Assembly: GCA_963831365.1 (NCBI GenBank)
Contig: CAWHPV010000016.1
Location: forward strand, 592 to 64,591
DNA length: 64,000 nt
Source of the DNA: an uncultured Thermoleophilaceae bacterium
GTDB lineage: Bacteria > Actinomycetota > Thermoleophilia > Solirubrobacterales > Thermoleophilaceae
Direction of reading: 5' to 3'
Made by a program: the position numbers and the translations under genes
Shown here: positions 9,782 to 21,576 of the stretch, one piece after another
How positions within the stretch are numbered: the first letter of the stretch is position 1
How the letters are laid out: each line of letters opens with the position of its first letter
Notes under the pieces: model-generated
The model's database searches: none
What the model saw: the letters and a program-made list of their open reading frames with translations, nothing else
What the model was told of the DNA's origin: nothing

Positions 9782-10503
9782 GGCTCCTCCCGGCGATCGA
9801 CATCCGCGGCGGGCGGGCGGTGCGGCTCCGGCAGGGCGACTTCGGCGCCGAGACGGTCTACGCGGACGACGCGCTCGAGGCCGCGCGGACATGGGTGGAG
9901 GCCGGGGCCCTGGCGCTTCACGTGGTCGACCTGGACGGGGCACGCGAGGGCCGGCCGGTCGCGCTCGGCGACCTCGAGCGCATCGCCGGCGAGCTCGGCG
10001 TGCCCGTGCAGTACGGGGGCGGTCTGAGAAGCCCGGAGGCCGTCGACGCGGCGCTCGACGCCGGTGCCGAGCGGGCGATCGTCGGCACCGCCGCGTTGAC
10101 CGATGAGCGCTTCCTCGACGCCGTGATCGCGCGCCATGGCGAGCGGTGCGCGGTCGCGATCGACGCCCGCGACGGACGCGTGGCGGTGTCGGGATGGACC
10201 GAGGCCACCGACATGGCCCCCTCCACGGTGATCGAAGGCCTGGGCGCGCGCGGGGTCGAGCGCTTCGTCTACACGGACGTGGAGCGTGACGGGATGCTCG
10301 CCGGCCCCGACCTGGCGGCCGTCGAGCGCGTCGCCGCGGCCGTCGGGGGCAGGTTCGCCTACTCGGGGGGCGTCGCGTCACTCGCCGACCTGGCGGCGCT
10401 CCGCTCGCTCGGCCTCGGCAACCTCGACGGGATCGTCTCCGGCAAGGCGCTCTACGAGCGGCGCTTCACGGTCGCAGAGGGCCAGGCGGCGCTCGCCGGT
10501 TGA
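9778..10503 (+). CDS. hisA: ProFAR isomerase (HisA; possibly the bifunctional PriA type seen in Actinobacteria)
   Basis: GTGA overlap with the hisH stop. Begins [20 protein letters not shown]. Confidence 0.9.
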   Translation: MRLLPAIDIRGGRAVRLRQGDFGAETVYADDALEAARTWVEAGALALHVVDLDGAREGRPVALGDLERIAGELGVPVQYGGGLRSPEAVDAALDAGAERAIVGTAALTDERFLDAVIARHGERCAVAIDARDGRVAVSGWTEATDMAPSTVIEGLGARGVERFVYTDVERDGMLAGPDLAAVERVAAAVGGRFAYSGGVASLADLAALRSLGLGNLDGIVSGKALYERRFTVAEGQAALAG

Positions 10504-10504
10504 G

Positions 10505-11266
10505 ATGCTCCTGAACCGCGTCATCCCCTGCCTCGACGTGGACAAGGGCCGTGTCGTCAAGGGCACGAACTTCGTGGACATCCGCGACGCCGGCGACCCC
10601 GTCGAGCTGGCCGCACGCTACGAGCATGAGGGCGCCGACGAGATCGTCTTCCTCGACATCACGGCGTCGCACGAGAAGCGCGAAACGATGGTCGCGCTGG
10701 CCCGGCGCACCGCCGACGACCTGTTCATCCCGTTCACGCTCGGCGGCGGCATCCGCTCCGTGGCCGATGCGCAGGCGGTACTGGACGCGGGCGCGGACAA
10801 GGTGTCCGTCAACTCCGCCGCGGTCGCGAGGCCCGAGCTCCTGGACGAGCTCGCGGCGGTCTTCGGCGCCCAGTGCGTGGTGCTCGCCGTCGACGCTCGC
10901 CGGCGCGGGGCCAACGGGGGCTACGAGGTGTTCGTGAACGGTGGGCGCACCCCGACCGGCCGCGACGCGGTGGCGTGGGCCCGCGAGGGGGTCGAGCGCG
11001 GGGCCGGGGAGATCCTCCTCACGAGCATGGACCGCGACGGAACGAAGGACGGGTACGAGCTGGCCCTCACCGCGGCGGTCGCCGACGCCGTAGAGGTGCC
11101 GGTGATCGCCTCGGGGGGGGCCGGGACGCTCGACCATCTCGTCCAGGCGATCGACCGCGGGCGGGCCGACGCCGTCCTGTGCGCGTCGATCTTCCACTAC
11201 GGGGAGCACACGGTCGCCGAGGCGAAGGAGCGCATGGCCGCGGCGGGCATCCCCGTACGCCGATGA
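10505..11266 (+). CDS. hisF: imidazole glycerol phosphate synthase, cyclase subunit
   Basis: ATG at 10505, 2 nt after the hisA stop. [19 protein letters not shown]...LDITAS...SIFHYGE matches HisF. Confidence 0.95.
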   Translation: MLLNRVIPCLDVDKGRVVKGTNFVDIRDAGDPVELAARYEHEGADEIVFLDITASHEKRETMVALARRTADDLFIPFTLGGGIRSVADAQAVLDAGADKVSVNSAAVARPELLDELAAVFGAQCVVLAVDARRRGANGGYEVFVNGGRTPTGRDAVAWAREGVERGAGEILLTSMDRDGTKDGYELALTAAVADAVEVPVIASGGAGTLDHLVQAIDRGRADAVLCASIFHYGEHTVAEAKERMAAAGIPVRR

Positions 11267-12498
11267 CGGTCGACGCGAGCCGGCTGGCGGACCGGATCGA
11301 GGGGCTTACCGGCATGGACCGGCTACTCCCCGCGCTCGGGGGACTCGATCCCGCGTACCTCGTCGGCGGTGCCGTCCGCGACCTGCTTCGCGGGGAGACC
11401 AGCGTCGACCTCGACGTGGCGGTGGAGGGCGACGCCCACGCTGTCGCGCGCGAGCTCCGCGCCCGGCTCGGCGGCGAGCTCGTCGAGCACTCGCGGTTCG
11501 GCACCGCGCGCGTCGAGACGCCGGACCTGGTCGTGGACCTGGCCGCGACGCGCAGCGAGCGCTATCCGCATCCCGGGGCGCTGCCGGAGGTCGAGCCGGC
11601 GCCGCTCGCGGACGACCTCGCCCGCCGCGACTTCGCGGTCAACGCGATGGCCGCGGCCCTCCTGCCGGGGTCCGTCGGGCAACTCATCGACCCCCACGGT
11701 GGGCGCTCCGACCTCGAGGCCGGAGTCATTCGGGTCCTCCACGAGCGGAGCTTCGTGGACGATCCGACCCGCCTCGTGCGCGCGGTCCGCTACGAGGCGC
11801 GGCTCGGGTTCGCGATGGACGCTGAGACCGAGCGGCTCGCGCGCGACGCGGCCGTCGGGCTCGCACGGATCTCCGGCGAGCGCGTCGGGGCCGAGCTTCT
11901 CCTCCTGCTCGCCGAGCCCGAGGCGCCGCGGGCGGTGGGGCGCATGGGCGAGCTCGGGCTCGACCGGGCGATCGCGCCCGAACTGACGGCGGACCCTGAG
12001 CTCGTCGCGGGCGCCACGCTCGGCGCGATCGAAACCGGAGCCGACCGCGTGCTCGCCGGGCTCGCCGCCCTGGCCTCCGGAGCCGGGGGTGCCGCGCCGG
12101 AGTGGCTGGGGCGCATCGGCCTCCGCCGCGAGGAGCTCGCGCGCGTCTCGCCCGCTGCGACCGGCGGCCCGCAGCTCGCCCAGGCGCTCCGCGAGCCGCT
12201 CACGCCGTCGCGGCTGCGGGCGCTCCTCGACCCTGAGCCGCCCGAGGCGCTCGCGCTGGCCCTGGCGGAGGGCGCTCCCGCCGAGCCGGTCCTCCGCTAC
12301 GTGACCGAGCTCGCGGACGTCCGACTCGAGATCGCCGGGCACGACCTGATCGCGGCCGGCGTGCCCGAGTCTCCGGCGATCGGCCGCGCGCTCGAGCGGA
12401 CTCTGGCGCTGAAGCTCGACGGCGAGCTGTCAGGACGCTCCGACGAGCTCGCGGCGGCCCTCGCCCTGGCGCGCTCCGATCGGGGAGCAGCGTCGTGA
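11263..12498 (+). CDS. CCA-adding / poly(A) polymerase family nucleotidyltransferase (no HD domain)
   Basis: ATGA overlap with the hisF stop. Head-domain motifs are [20 protein letters not shown] and [10 protein letters not shown]. Confidence 0.7.
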   Translation: MTVDASRLADRIEGLTGMDRLLPALGGLDPAYLVGGAVRDLLRGETSVDLDVAVEGDAHAVARELRARLGGELVEHSRFGTARVETPDLVVDLAATRSERYPHPGALPEVEPAPLADDLARRDFAVNAMAAALLPGSVGQLIDPHGGRSDLEAGVIRVLHERSFVDDPTRLVRAVRYEARLGFAMDAETERLARDAAVGLARISGERVGAELLLLLAEPEAPRAVGRMGELGLDRAIAPELTADPELVAGATLGAIETGADRVLAGLAALASGAGGAAPEWLGRIGLRREELARVSPAATGGPQLAQALREPLTPSRLRALLDPEPPEALALALAEGAPAEPVLRYVTELADVRLEIAGHDLIAAGVPESPAIGRALERTLALKLDGELSGRSDELAAALALARSDRGAAS

Positions 12499-13214
12499 TC
12501 GAGCGGGAGCTCCGCGGCGCACGGGTCGTCTTCTCCACTCGCGAGGGGGGCGTGAGCGAGGGTCCCTACGAGTCGCTCAACCTCGGAATCCTCACCGACG
12601 ACGACCAGAGCCGCGTGACCGAGAACCGCCGCCGGCTCGCGGAGTCGGTGGGCCTCGACGCGGGGCAAGTGGCGCTCGGAGTGCAAGTCCACGGGGCCGA
12701 TTTCCGCGAGTGGTCGGAGCCGCCGGCCGCGCCGGGCTTCGACGTGCCCGGCGGCCGCCGCGAGGATCTCGACCGGGTCGACGCCCACCTGACGCGCGTG
12801 CCCGACCTCGGGCTCCTGATCCTTGGGGCCGACTGCCTTCCCGTGGCGCTCGCGGGCCCAGGCCTCGTGGCGATGCTCCATTGCGGCTGGCGCGGGCTCG
12901 CCGCCGGGATCGTCGAGCGGGTCGCGGCGCAGTTCGACGAGCCGCCGGCCGCGGCGATCGGGCCCGGGATCGGGCGCTGCTGCTACGAGGTCGGCCCAGA
13001 GGTGCTGGCGCACTTCTCCCACCTCCCGGACGTGGCCGACGGCCGCATGCTCGACTTGAGGGCCGTCGCGCGGCACGAGCTGTCGGCCGCGGGCGTCTTG
13101 GAGATCGAGGACGTGGACCTGTGCACGAGCTGTCGCGGGGACCTGTTCTTCTCGCACCGCCGGGACGGGGGCGTGACCGGGCGCCAGTGCGGCATGGTCT
13201 GGCGGACGGGATGA
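12495..13214 (+). CDS. pgeF: peptidoglycan editing factor / laccase-domain protein (YfiH, DUF152)
   Basis: GTGA overlap with the upstream stop. Motifs are LGADCLPVAL, HCGWRG and CCYEVG. Confidence 0.85.
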   Translation: MIERELRGARVVFSTREGGVSEGPYESLNLGILTDDDQSRVTENRRRLAESVGLDAGQVALGVQVHGADFREWSEPPAAPGFDVPGGRREDLDRVDAHLTRVPDLGLLILGADCLPVALAGPGLVAMLHCGWRGLAAGIVERVAAQFDEPPAAAIGPGIGRCCYEVGPEVLAHFSHLPDVADGRMLDLRAVARHELSAAGVLEIEDVDLCTSCRGDLFFSHRRDGGVTGRQCGMVWRTG

Positions 13215-13855
13215 CGCCGGAGCTCACCGGCCTGAGCGCCGAGCGCGTGCGCGAGAACCTCGCCCGGGTCCGCGAGCGGCTCGCGGCGGCGGGTCGTGAC
13301 CCGGCCGAGGTCGAGATCTGCGCGGCGGTCAAGTACGTCGCACTGGCGGAGCTCCCGATGCTGGCCGAGGCCGGCATCGGGCTCGTGGGCGAGAACCGCG
13401 CGCAGCGGCTCGTCGAGGCCCAGGAGCGGTTCGGAGATCTCTTCACCTGGGACTTCATCGGCGTGCTTCAGAGCCGCAAGGTCCGCGACGTCGCGCCGCG
13501 GGTGAGGCTGATCCACTCGGTGGCGTCGGAGTCCGCGCTACGGCGCCTCGAGCGCGACCCGGCCCCGGAGATCCTCATCGAGGTCAACGTGGCGGGCGAC
13601 GAGGCGAAGGCGGGCGTCCTGCCGGCGGAGCTGGGGGACATGATCGCCCGCTCGCCCGTTCCCGTGACCGGGCTGATGACGATGCCGCCGCTCGCCGAGC
13701 GCCCGGAGGTCAGCCGGCCGCACTTCGCGCGCCTCCGGGAGCTCGCGGCCGAGCACGGCCTGAAGCGGCTCTCGATGGGGACGACGCAGGACTTCGAGGT
13801 GGCGGCCGCCGAGGGGGCGACGATCCTCCGGCTCGGCACCGTGCTGTACGAGTAG
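13211..13855 (+). CDS. yggS: YggS-family pyridoxal-phosphate homeostasis protein
   Basis: ATGA overlap with the pgeF stop. Motifs are AAVKYV, GENRAQ and LSMGTTQDFEVAAAEGATILRLG. Confidence 0.9.
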   Translation: MTPELTGLSAERVRENLARVRERLAAAGRDPAEVEICAAVKYVALAELPMLAEAGIGLVGENRAQRLVEAQERFGDLFTWDFIGVLQSRKVRDVAPRVRLIHSVASESALRRLERDPAPEILIEVNVAGDEAKAGVLPAELGDMIARSPVPVTGLMTMPPLAERPEVSRPHFARLRELAAEHGLKRLSMGTTQDFEVAAAEGATILRLGTVLYE

Positions 13856-13857
13856 TC

Positions 13858-14709
13858 CTACCCGCGCCGCCCGTAACCCTCGACCCGCCGCGTGAGGAAG
13901 TCGGCGATCGCCCGCGAGACCTGGGCGCCGCGCCACGGGAGCGGCGACTTCCCCGGCTCCTCGACGACCAGCTCGGCGTTCGGCAGCCGCTCCGCGTAGG
14001 CCTCGGCGACTGCGAGGGGATGCTCGGGATCGGCCTCGTCGCGGCTCGCGACGATCAGCGTCGGCGCCTCGACCTCGGCGAGCCGGTCGAGGCCCAGGAA
14101 GGGGACCGACCGCGGCACGACGCGCAGCGCGTCGGCGAGCGCCTCCGGGTTCGAGTGGCGCTCCAGACGCTGGCGGGTCAGGCGCAGGAGCGCGTCGCGC
14201 CAGCGGCCCTCCACCGACGGGTGGTAGACGGCGAGGAAGCCGTCCACGCCACCGTGCTCAAGCCCGTCGGCCAGCGCGTCCCAGGTCGCGAGGCTCGCCG
14301 GGTCCACGCGCGCCTCGCCGGCATAGGCGGGGGTCGACTGCACGAGGCCGGCCACCCGCCCCGGCTGCTCGAGCGCGAACGAAAGCGCCGTCGCGGCGCC
14401 CATCGAGCTCCCGGCGAGCACCGCGCGGTCGATCGCGTGCGCATCGAGCACGGCCTCGAGGTCGCCGCGCATCTCCGCGTACCCGTACGCGCGAGCGTCC
14501 GCCGCCGGCCCAGAGTCGCCGTGAGCGCGAGCGTCGTAGCCGATCAGCCGGTAGCCCGAGCGCTCCAGGAGGCGCGAGCCCATGACGACGTAGCGCCGGG
14601 TGGCGGTCAGGCCGTGGAGCAGCACGATCGGCGGCCCCTCACCGCCCGAGTCCCCGGCGAGCGTGACCCCGTCGCTCGCGGCCTCGAACGGCTCCGGCTC
14701 CACGCTCAT
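13858..14709 (-). CDS. alpha/beta-fold hydrolase
   Basis: 283-aa ORF with an HGLTA oxyanion region and a nucleophile elbow (AGSSMGA). Confidence 0.8.
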   Translation of the reverse strand: MSVEPEPFEAASDGVTLAGDSGGEGPPIVLLHGLTATRRYVVMGSRLLERSGYRLIGYDARAHGDSGPAADARAYGYAEMRGDLEAVLDAHAIDRAVLAGSSMGAATALSFALEQPGRVAGLVQSTPAYAGEARVDPASLATWDALADGLEHGGVDGFLAVYHPSVEGRWRDALLRLTRQRLERHSNPEALADALRVVPRSVPFLGLDRLAEVEAPTLIVASRDEADPEHPLAVAEAYAERLPNAELVVEEPGKSPLPWRGAQVSRAIADFLTRRVEGYGRRG

Positions 14710-14776
14710 GCCCGGATCATCCCTGTAACGTGTAAACGAGAGGAATTTCGCCTAAGCAGGCGAATGGGACCGCACA

Positions 14777-15313
14777 ATGGCGCTTCGCGATACCTGGCAC
14801 AAGGCCCTGGTCTACTTCGGTCTCGCCGAAGAGGAGGAGCGCTACCGCGAGGAGCCCGACCCGGAGCAACCGGAGCCCGAGGCCGAGATCGAGGGCCGCT
14901 ACCGCGACCGTCCGAACGTCCGCCGGCTCCAGAGCCGCCGCAGGCGGGACGAGATCGACGACATCTTCGCCGACGACGCGCAGCCGACCGGCCGCGAGAC
15001 GCGCGTCCTCCGCCCGGTCGGAAACGGCAAGGCGGATGTCCAGGTGCACCTCGTCATCCCCAAGAACTTCAACGACGCCCAGCAGGTCGCGGACCGCTTC
15101 AAGGAGTCGGTGCCCGTGATCCTGAACCTCCAGTCGAGTGACACCGACCTGTCGAAGCGGCTGATCGACTTCGCCTCCGGGCTGACGTACGCGCTCGAGG
15201 GCGGGATGCAGCGCATCGCGGACAAGGTGTTCCTCCTCACCCCGCGCAACGTGGAGGTCTCGGCCGAGGAGCGCGCCCGCCTGCTCGAGAAGGGCTTCTT
15301 CAACCAGTCCTAG
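14777..15313 (+). CDS. sepF: cell division protein SepF
   Basis: MALRDTWHKALVYFGL... N-terminal amphipathic helix, a charged linker and a conserved C-domain (PKNFNDAQQVADRFKESVPVILNL). Sits in the yggS/yggT neighbourhood. Confidence 0.85.
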   Translation: MALRDTWHKALVYFGLAEEEERYREEPDPEQPEPEAEIEGRYRDRPNVRRLQSRRRRDEIDDIFADDAQPTGRETRVLRPVGNGKADVQVHLVIPKNFNDAQQVADRFKESVPVILNLQSSDTDLSKRLIDFASGLTYALEGGMQRIADKVFLLTPRNVEVSAEERARLLEKGFFNQS

Positions 15314-15363
15314 CCGACCCGGCGCCGGGCGGCCGCGGCGGCTCGCCAATATCCTGCGCCACG

Positions 15364-16116
15364 ATGCGGATCGGACTGATCGGAGCCGGCAACATGGCCG
15401 CCGCCCTGGCGCGCGGCTGGGGCGAGCCGCTGCTCGTGCGCGACCCCGACGCGGAGCGGGCCGCGGCGCTGGCGGACGCCGTCGGCGGCGAAGTCCTCGA
15501 CTCGAGCGCGGAGCTCGCGCGCGCGGCGGACCTGGTCGTCCTCTGCCACAAGCCGGCGCAGCTCGCCGACGTGGCGGCGGAGGTGGGGGGGTCCGCCAAG
15601 GCGGTCGCATCGATTCTCTGGGGCGTCCGCACCGCGGCGCTCGAGGAGGCATACCCAGGCGCGCCGGTCTACCGCTTCATCCCCAACATCCCGGTCGAGG
15701 TCGGCCGCGGCGTGCTCGGGTACGCCGGCGGCGCGGGAGCGGGGAGCGGTCCTGAGGAGGCCGTGCTCGAGCTGTTCGGGCGCCTCGGCATGGTGATCCC
15801 CGTGGAGGAGGACCTGATGGACGCCGCCGGCGCGGTGCTGGGCTGCGGACCCGCGTTCTTCGCGCTCGTGGCCGAGGCGCTGGCCGAGGCGGGCGCGCGG
15901 CGCGGGCTCGACTCCGAGGAGGCGCGGATGATGGCCGTGGAGACGATGGCCGGGACGGCCGCGTCGCTCCACGAGCGCGAGCTCGACACCGGGGACCTGA
16001 GGCGGCGGGTCGCGTCGCCCGGCGGGGTCACCGAGCGCGGGCTGGAGGTGCTCGAGCGAGCCGGCATCCGCGAGGACATGGACCGCGCGGCGGCCACGGT
16101 GCTGGGGGAACGATGA
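15364..16116 (+). CDS. proC: pyrroline-5-carboxylate reductase
   Basis: IGLIGAGNMAAALARG Rossmann motif and a C-terminal SPGGVTERGL motif. Confidence 0.9.
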   Translation: MRIGLIGAGNMAAALARGWGEPLLVRDPDAERAAALADAVGGEVLDSSAELARAADLVVLCHKPAQLADVAAEVGGSAKAVASILWGVRTAALEEAYPGAPVYRFIPNIPVEVGRGVLGYAGGAGAGSGPEEAVLELFGRLGMVIPVEEDLMDAAGAVLGCGPAFFALVAEALAEAGARRGLDSEEARMMAVETMAGTAASLHERELDTGDLRRRVASPGGVTERGLEVLERAGIREDMDRAAATVLGER

Positions 16117-16424
16117 GCGGTCCGCCGGTCGCGCTGACGCGCCTCGACGTGGCCTCCTACGTCGAGACGCTGATCGTCATCTACATCGTGCTCATCTTCA
16201 TCAAGGTGATCGCGTCCTACTTCACCCGGATTCCCGACAACCGCCCGCTGCGGGCCGTGCTCACCTTCGTGGACGACGTCACCGGCCCGTACCTCAACAT
16301 CTTCCGCCGCATCCTGCCGCCGGTCAGGCTCGGCCCGGCGGCACTGGACCTCACCCCGATGGTGGGGACCCTGGTGCTGATCTTCGTCGGCCTCTACATC
16401 GTCGTGCCCCTGATCCGGGGGTGA
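16113..16424 (+). CDS. yggT: YggT family membrane protein
   Basis: 103-aa protein with two hydrophobic segments and the PYLNIFRRILPPV motif. Has a 4-nt overlap with the proC stop. Confidence 0.8.
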   Translation: MSGPPVALTRLDVASYVETLIVIYIVLIFIKVIASYFTRIPDNRPLRAVLTFVDDVTGPYLNIFRRILPPVRLGPAALDLTPMVGTLVLIFVGLYIVVPLIRG

Positions 16425-16892
16425 GCGGCGCGCTCCGCGCCTGGGCGCGGACGCTGGCCGTCGCCGGCTGCGTGCTCGCGCTCGATCAGATCAGCAAGGC
16501 GATCGTGGTCGCGTCGCTCGGCGTGGGGGAGCGAGAACGTGTTCCTGGGCCTGGACCTGACCCACGTCCGCAACACGGGCGTCGCCTTCGGCGCGCTGGC
16601 CGGCGGCGGGGCCGCGATCGTGGCGCTCGTGGTCGCCGCGATGATCGTGCTCAGCGTGTACTTCGCACGCCATACGGCGATCCCGCTCCTCTGGCTGCCG
16701 GTAGGCGCGATCTTCGGCGGAGCGCTCGGCAACCTCGCCGACCGCGCGCGCGACGGAACGGTGATCGACTTCATCGACCCGATCGCATGGCCCGCGTTCA
16801 ACCTCGCCGACACGGCCGTCGTACTTGGCGTTCTGGGCGTCTTCTATCTCGCGGAGGGCCAGTCGCAGCCGACGCGCGGCGATCGCGGGTGA
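16421..16892 (+). pseudogene. lspA: signal peptidase II (LspA), frame broken once as assembled
   Basis: The N-terminus ([17 protein letters not shown]) lies in the frame of 16421. The rest ([19 protein letters not shown]...[16 protein letters not shown]) lies in the frame of ORF 16539..16892. The junction is a run of five G at 16525-16529. Confidence 0.8.
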
Positions 16893-17815
16893 GCCCGCGG
16901 CTCGAGCTCGTGGCCGCCGCGACCGATGACGGCAAGCGGCTGGACGTGCTCGTGGCGGCGGAGTCTCAGGTCGGCTCGCGCGCCGCCGCCCAGCGCCTGA
17001 TCGACGCCGGACGCGTGACCGTCGGAGGGCTGGCGCGCCCGAAGCGCCACCGCGTCGGGGCTGGTGACCAGGTGGTCGTCCTGCTCGACGAGCCGTCCCA
17101 TACCGAGGCGCCCCCGGGCCCCGAGGCACCGCACGAGGTCGCCTTCGAGGACGCGCACCTGATCGTCGTGGACAAGCCCGCGGGGGTCGTCGTGCACCCC
17201 GCGCGCGGGCACCCGACCGGCACGCTGGCCCAGGCGCTCGCGGCGCGCGCGGCCGGAGGCGCGGAGGCATGGCGCCCGGGGATCGTGCATCGGCTCGACC
17301 GCGATACCTCGGGCCTCCTCGTCGTGGCCAAGTCGGAGTCGGTGCACCGCGCGCTCCAGCGGACGATCAGGACGCGAGCCATGAGGCGCGAGTACCTCGC
17401 GCTGGTCCAGGGCCGCCCGCCGTCGAGGGAGGGGACGATCGACGCCCCGCTCGGGCGCGACCGCGAGCGGCGCACGGTGGTCTCGACCCGCTCCGATCGG
17501 CCGCGTCCCGCGCGCACGCACTTCCGCGAGGTCGAGGCGCTGCCCGAGTCCACGCTGCTCGAGGCGCGGCTCGAGACGGGCCGCACGCATCAGATCCGCG
17601 CGCACCTCGCGGCGATCGGGCATCCCGTGCTCGGCGACACGGCCTACGGCGGCGAGGCCGGCGCCCGCCTGGGCCTCGCGCGCCAGTTCCTCCACAGCGC
17701 GCGGCTCGCCTTCACCCACCCCGTGGACGGGCGGCCGCTCGACATCGCGTCGGAGCTGCCGCAAGACCTGCGCGCCGCACTCGAGCGCGCGCGGGCCGAG
17801 GGCGCCGATCGGTAG
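16889..17815 (+). CDS. rluD: 23S rRNA pseudouridine synthase, RluA/RluD family
   Basis: GTGA overlap with the lspA stop. An S4 domain is followed by the [15 protein letters not shown] catalytic motif. Confidence 0.9.
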   Translation: MSPRLELVAAATDDGKRLDVLVAAESQVGSRAAAQRLIDAGRVTVGGLARPKRHRVGAGDQVVVLLDEPSHTEAPPGPEAPHEVAFEDAHLIVVDKPAGVVVHPARGHPTGTLAQALAARAAGGAEAWRPGIVHRLDRDTSGLLVVAKSESVHRALQRTIRTRAMRREYLALVQGRPPSREGTIDAPLGRDRERRTVVSTRSDRPRPARTHFREVEALPESTLLEARLETGRTHQIRAHLAAIGHPVLGDTAYGGEAGARLGLARQFLHSARLAFTHPVDGRPLDIASELPQDLRAALERARAEGADR

Positions 17816-17963
17816 GGCCGCTTGCCTCTATCCTCCCGCGGGCAAGGAACTCGACCTCCACCCGTGTGCGTCGCGGCCCTGCCCGGTGATCCACCGGGTC
17901 CGCGAGCCGGCCGGGATGGGGCAGCAAAGCGTCAAAGGGAGTACCGAATGGCTCAGGCGAGGC

Positions 17964-18943
17964 ATGAAGGACCTGCTGGAGGCCGGCGTGCACTTCGGCC
18001 ACCAGACGGGGCGCTGGAACCCGCGCATGCGCCGGTACATCTTCGGCGAGCGCGGGGGCATACACGTCATCGACCTGCAGAGCACCGAGCGGCTGCTCGG
18101 GGAGGCCGAGCGGTACGCGGCGGAGCTCGCCGGTCGCGGCGGGACGATCCTCTTCGTGGGCACGAAGAAGCAGGCGCGCGACGCGGTGAAGGAGGCGGCC
18201 GAGCGTTCGGGGATGCCGTACGTCAACCAGCGCTGGCTGGGCGGGCTCCTGACGAACTACCAGACGATCTCGAAGCGGATCAAACGGCTGCACGAGCTCA
18301 CCGACTGGACCGAGAACGGGACGCTCGACCTCCTGCCGACCCGCGAGCGCATCGCAGCGATGGCCGAGCGGGACAAGCTCGAGACCAACCTCGGCGGGGT
18401 GCGGGACATGCAGCGCGTCCCCGACGCGGTGTTCATCACCGACCTGAAGACCGAGGAGATCGCATTGCGTGAGGCCGATCGGCTCGGGCTTCCGATCATC
18501 GCGCTCGTGGACACCAACTGCGACCCCCAGCCGGTGACCTATCCGATCCCCGGCAACGACGATGCGATCCGCTCCTGCAAGATCATCATCGACGCGATCG
18601 GCGACGTGGTGGCCGACCGCGCGGCGCAGTTCCGCCTCGAGGAGGAGCGAGCGCGGCGGGAGGCCGAGGAGCAGGCCCGCCGCGAGGCCGAGGAGCAGGC
18701 GCGGCGCCATGCCGAGGAGGAAGCTCGCAGGGAGGCGGAGGAGGAGGCCCGGAGGGCCGCGGAGGAGCAGGCCGGCCGTGCGGCGGAGGAGCAGGCGGGC
18801 CGCGAGCCCGCCCAGGTCGCGCCGGAGGGAGCGGCCCAGCCGGGCGCCGGGCAGCCCGAGGGCGCGCCGGCGTCGCGCCCGGCGGAGGCCCAGCGGGAAG
18901 CGGCCGAGGCCACCGAGGAGCCGCGCGGAGGCAGCCCTCGTGA
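17964..18943 (+). CDS. rpsB: 30S ribosomal protein S2 with a repetitive Glu/Ala/Arg C-terminal tail; 3' end uncertain
   Basis: ATG at 17964 (MKDLLEAGVHFGHQTGRWNP). There is no in-frame stop before tsf. The only TGA at the expected GTGA junction (18941-18943) is in another frame. Confidence 0.85.
18636..18803 (+). repeat. seven tandem copies of a degenerate 24-nt unit (gaggccgaggagcaggcscgscgc) encoding (E-A-E-E-Q-A-R-R)n in the S2 tail
   Basis: Units read directly at 18636, 18660, 18684, 18708, 18732, 18756 and 18780. Confidence 0.8.
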
Positions 18944-19547
18944 GCGCGACGATCACCGCCGCCGACGTCAAGGCGCTCCGCGACCGAACCGGCGCGGGCA
19001 TGATGGACTGCAAGGCCGCGCTCCAGGAGGCCGGGGGCGACGTCGACCGGCGGTCGAGATGCTCCGCGTCAAGGGTCAGGCCCAGGCCGCCAAGCGCGGC
19101 GGGCGCGTGGCCTCGGAGGGCGTCGTCGGAGTCGTACATCCACGCGACCGGCAAGATCGGCGTCCTCGTCGAGGTCGACTGCGAGACGGACTTCGTCGCC
19201 CGCAACGACGACTTCCGTGCGTTCGCCCGCGACGTCGCGCTGCACGTCGCCGCGGCGGCGCCCGCCTACGTGTCCGAGGACGACGTGCCGGAGGATGACG
19301 CGCGCGGCGCGAGCTGCGGATCTTCGAGGAGCAGGCGCACGACAAGCCCGAGAACGTTCGCCCGCAGATCGCCGAGGGCCGGCTGCGCAAGTGGCTCGAG
19401 GAGGTCGTCCTGCTCAACCAGGAGCACGTGAACGCGGACAAGCACGGCGGCAAGACGATCGAGGAGCTGCGCGCCGAGACGGCGGCGAAGACCGGGGAGA
19501 ACGTCGTGATCCGGCGCTTCGCGCGCTTCGACGTGGGCAAGGATTAG
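18940..19547 (+). pseudogene. tsf: elongation factor Ts, frame broken at least 3 times as assembled
   Basis: GTG at 18940 (VSATITAADVKALRDRTGAGMMDCKAAL). The family sequence continues in other frames after about 19050 (AVEMLRVKGQAQAAKRGGR), 19131 (SYIHATGKIGVLVEVDCETDFVARN) and 19305 (ELRIFEEQA...VIRRFARFDVGKD*). Confidence 0.85.
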
Positions 19548-19554
19548 CGCCTCG

Positions 19555-20889
<1,335 letters not shown>

Positions 20890-20893
<4 letters not shown>

Positions 20894-21574
20894 GCGCGCC
20901 GGAGACCGGCGGGCCCCGCTACGTGGCCATCATCACGGATGGCAACGGGCGCTGGGCCGAGCAGCGGGGTCTGCCCGTGCTCGCGGGGCATCGCGCCGGC
21001 GCGCGACACGCGTCAAGGAGCGCCTCCGCGACGCCGTTGAGCTCGGCATCTGGGAGCTAACCGTGTACTCGTTCTCGACCGAGAACTGGAGCCGCCCGCG
21101 AGCCGAGGTGGACGGCCTGATGGCGATGTTCGCCGAGCGGATCGAGGCCGAGACGCCGGAGCTCCACCGCGAGGGGGTGCGGATGCGCTTCGTCGGCCGC
21201 CGCGGCGGGCGTGCGCCGGCGACCTCGTCGAGCGGATGGAGTGGGCGGAGCGCGAGACCGCCGGGAACGACCGGATCACGCTGTTCGTGGCCTTCAACTA
21301 CGGTGGGCGCGCCGAGATCGTCGACGCCGCCCGGCGCTACTCCGGCGAGGACGAGGAGGCCTTCGGCGAGCTGCTCTACGCACCCGAGATGAACGATCCG
21401 GACCTCCTGATCCGAACCAGCGGGGAGCGCCGCCTCTCGAACTTCCTGCTCTGGCAGTGCGCGTACGCGGAGCTCGTCTTCTCGGACACGCTGTGGCCGG
21501 ACTTCTCGCGCGCCGACCTGGAGTCGGCGCTCGGGGAGTTCAGGGTCCGCCGGCGGCGCTTCGGGGCGCGCTGA
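20890..21574 (+). pseudogene. uppS: undecaprenyl-diphosphate synthase, frame broken at least twice as assembled
   Basis: GTG overlapping the frr stop ([27 protein letters not shown]). Continues in another frame from about 21005 ([15 protein letters not shown]) and a third from about 21215 (ITLFVAFNYGGR...LLIRTSGERRLSNFLLWQ). Confidence 0.85.
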
Positions 21575-21576
21575 CG

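Noticed and set aside
17886-19298. 470-aa ORF that looks like an S2-EF-Ts fusion
   Set aside because: The part downstream of about 18940 is tsf read out of frame and then briefly in frame. It arises from the missing rpsB stop plus the first tsf frameshift, so it is not a real fusion.
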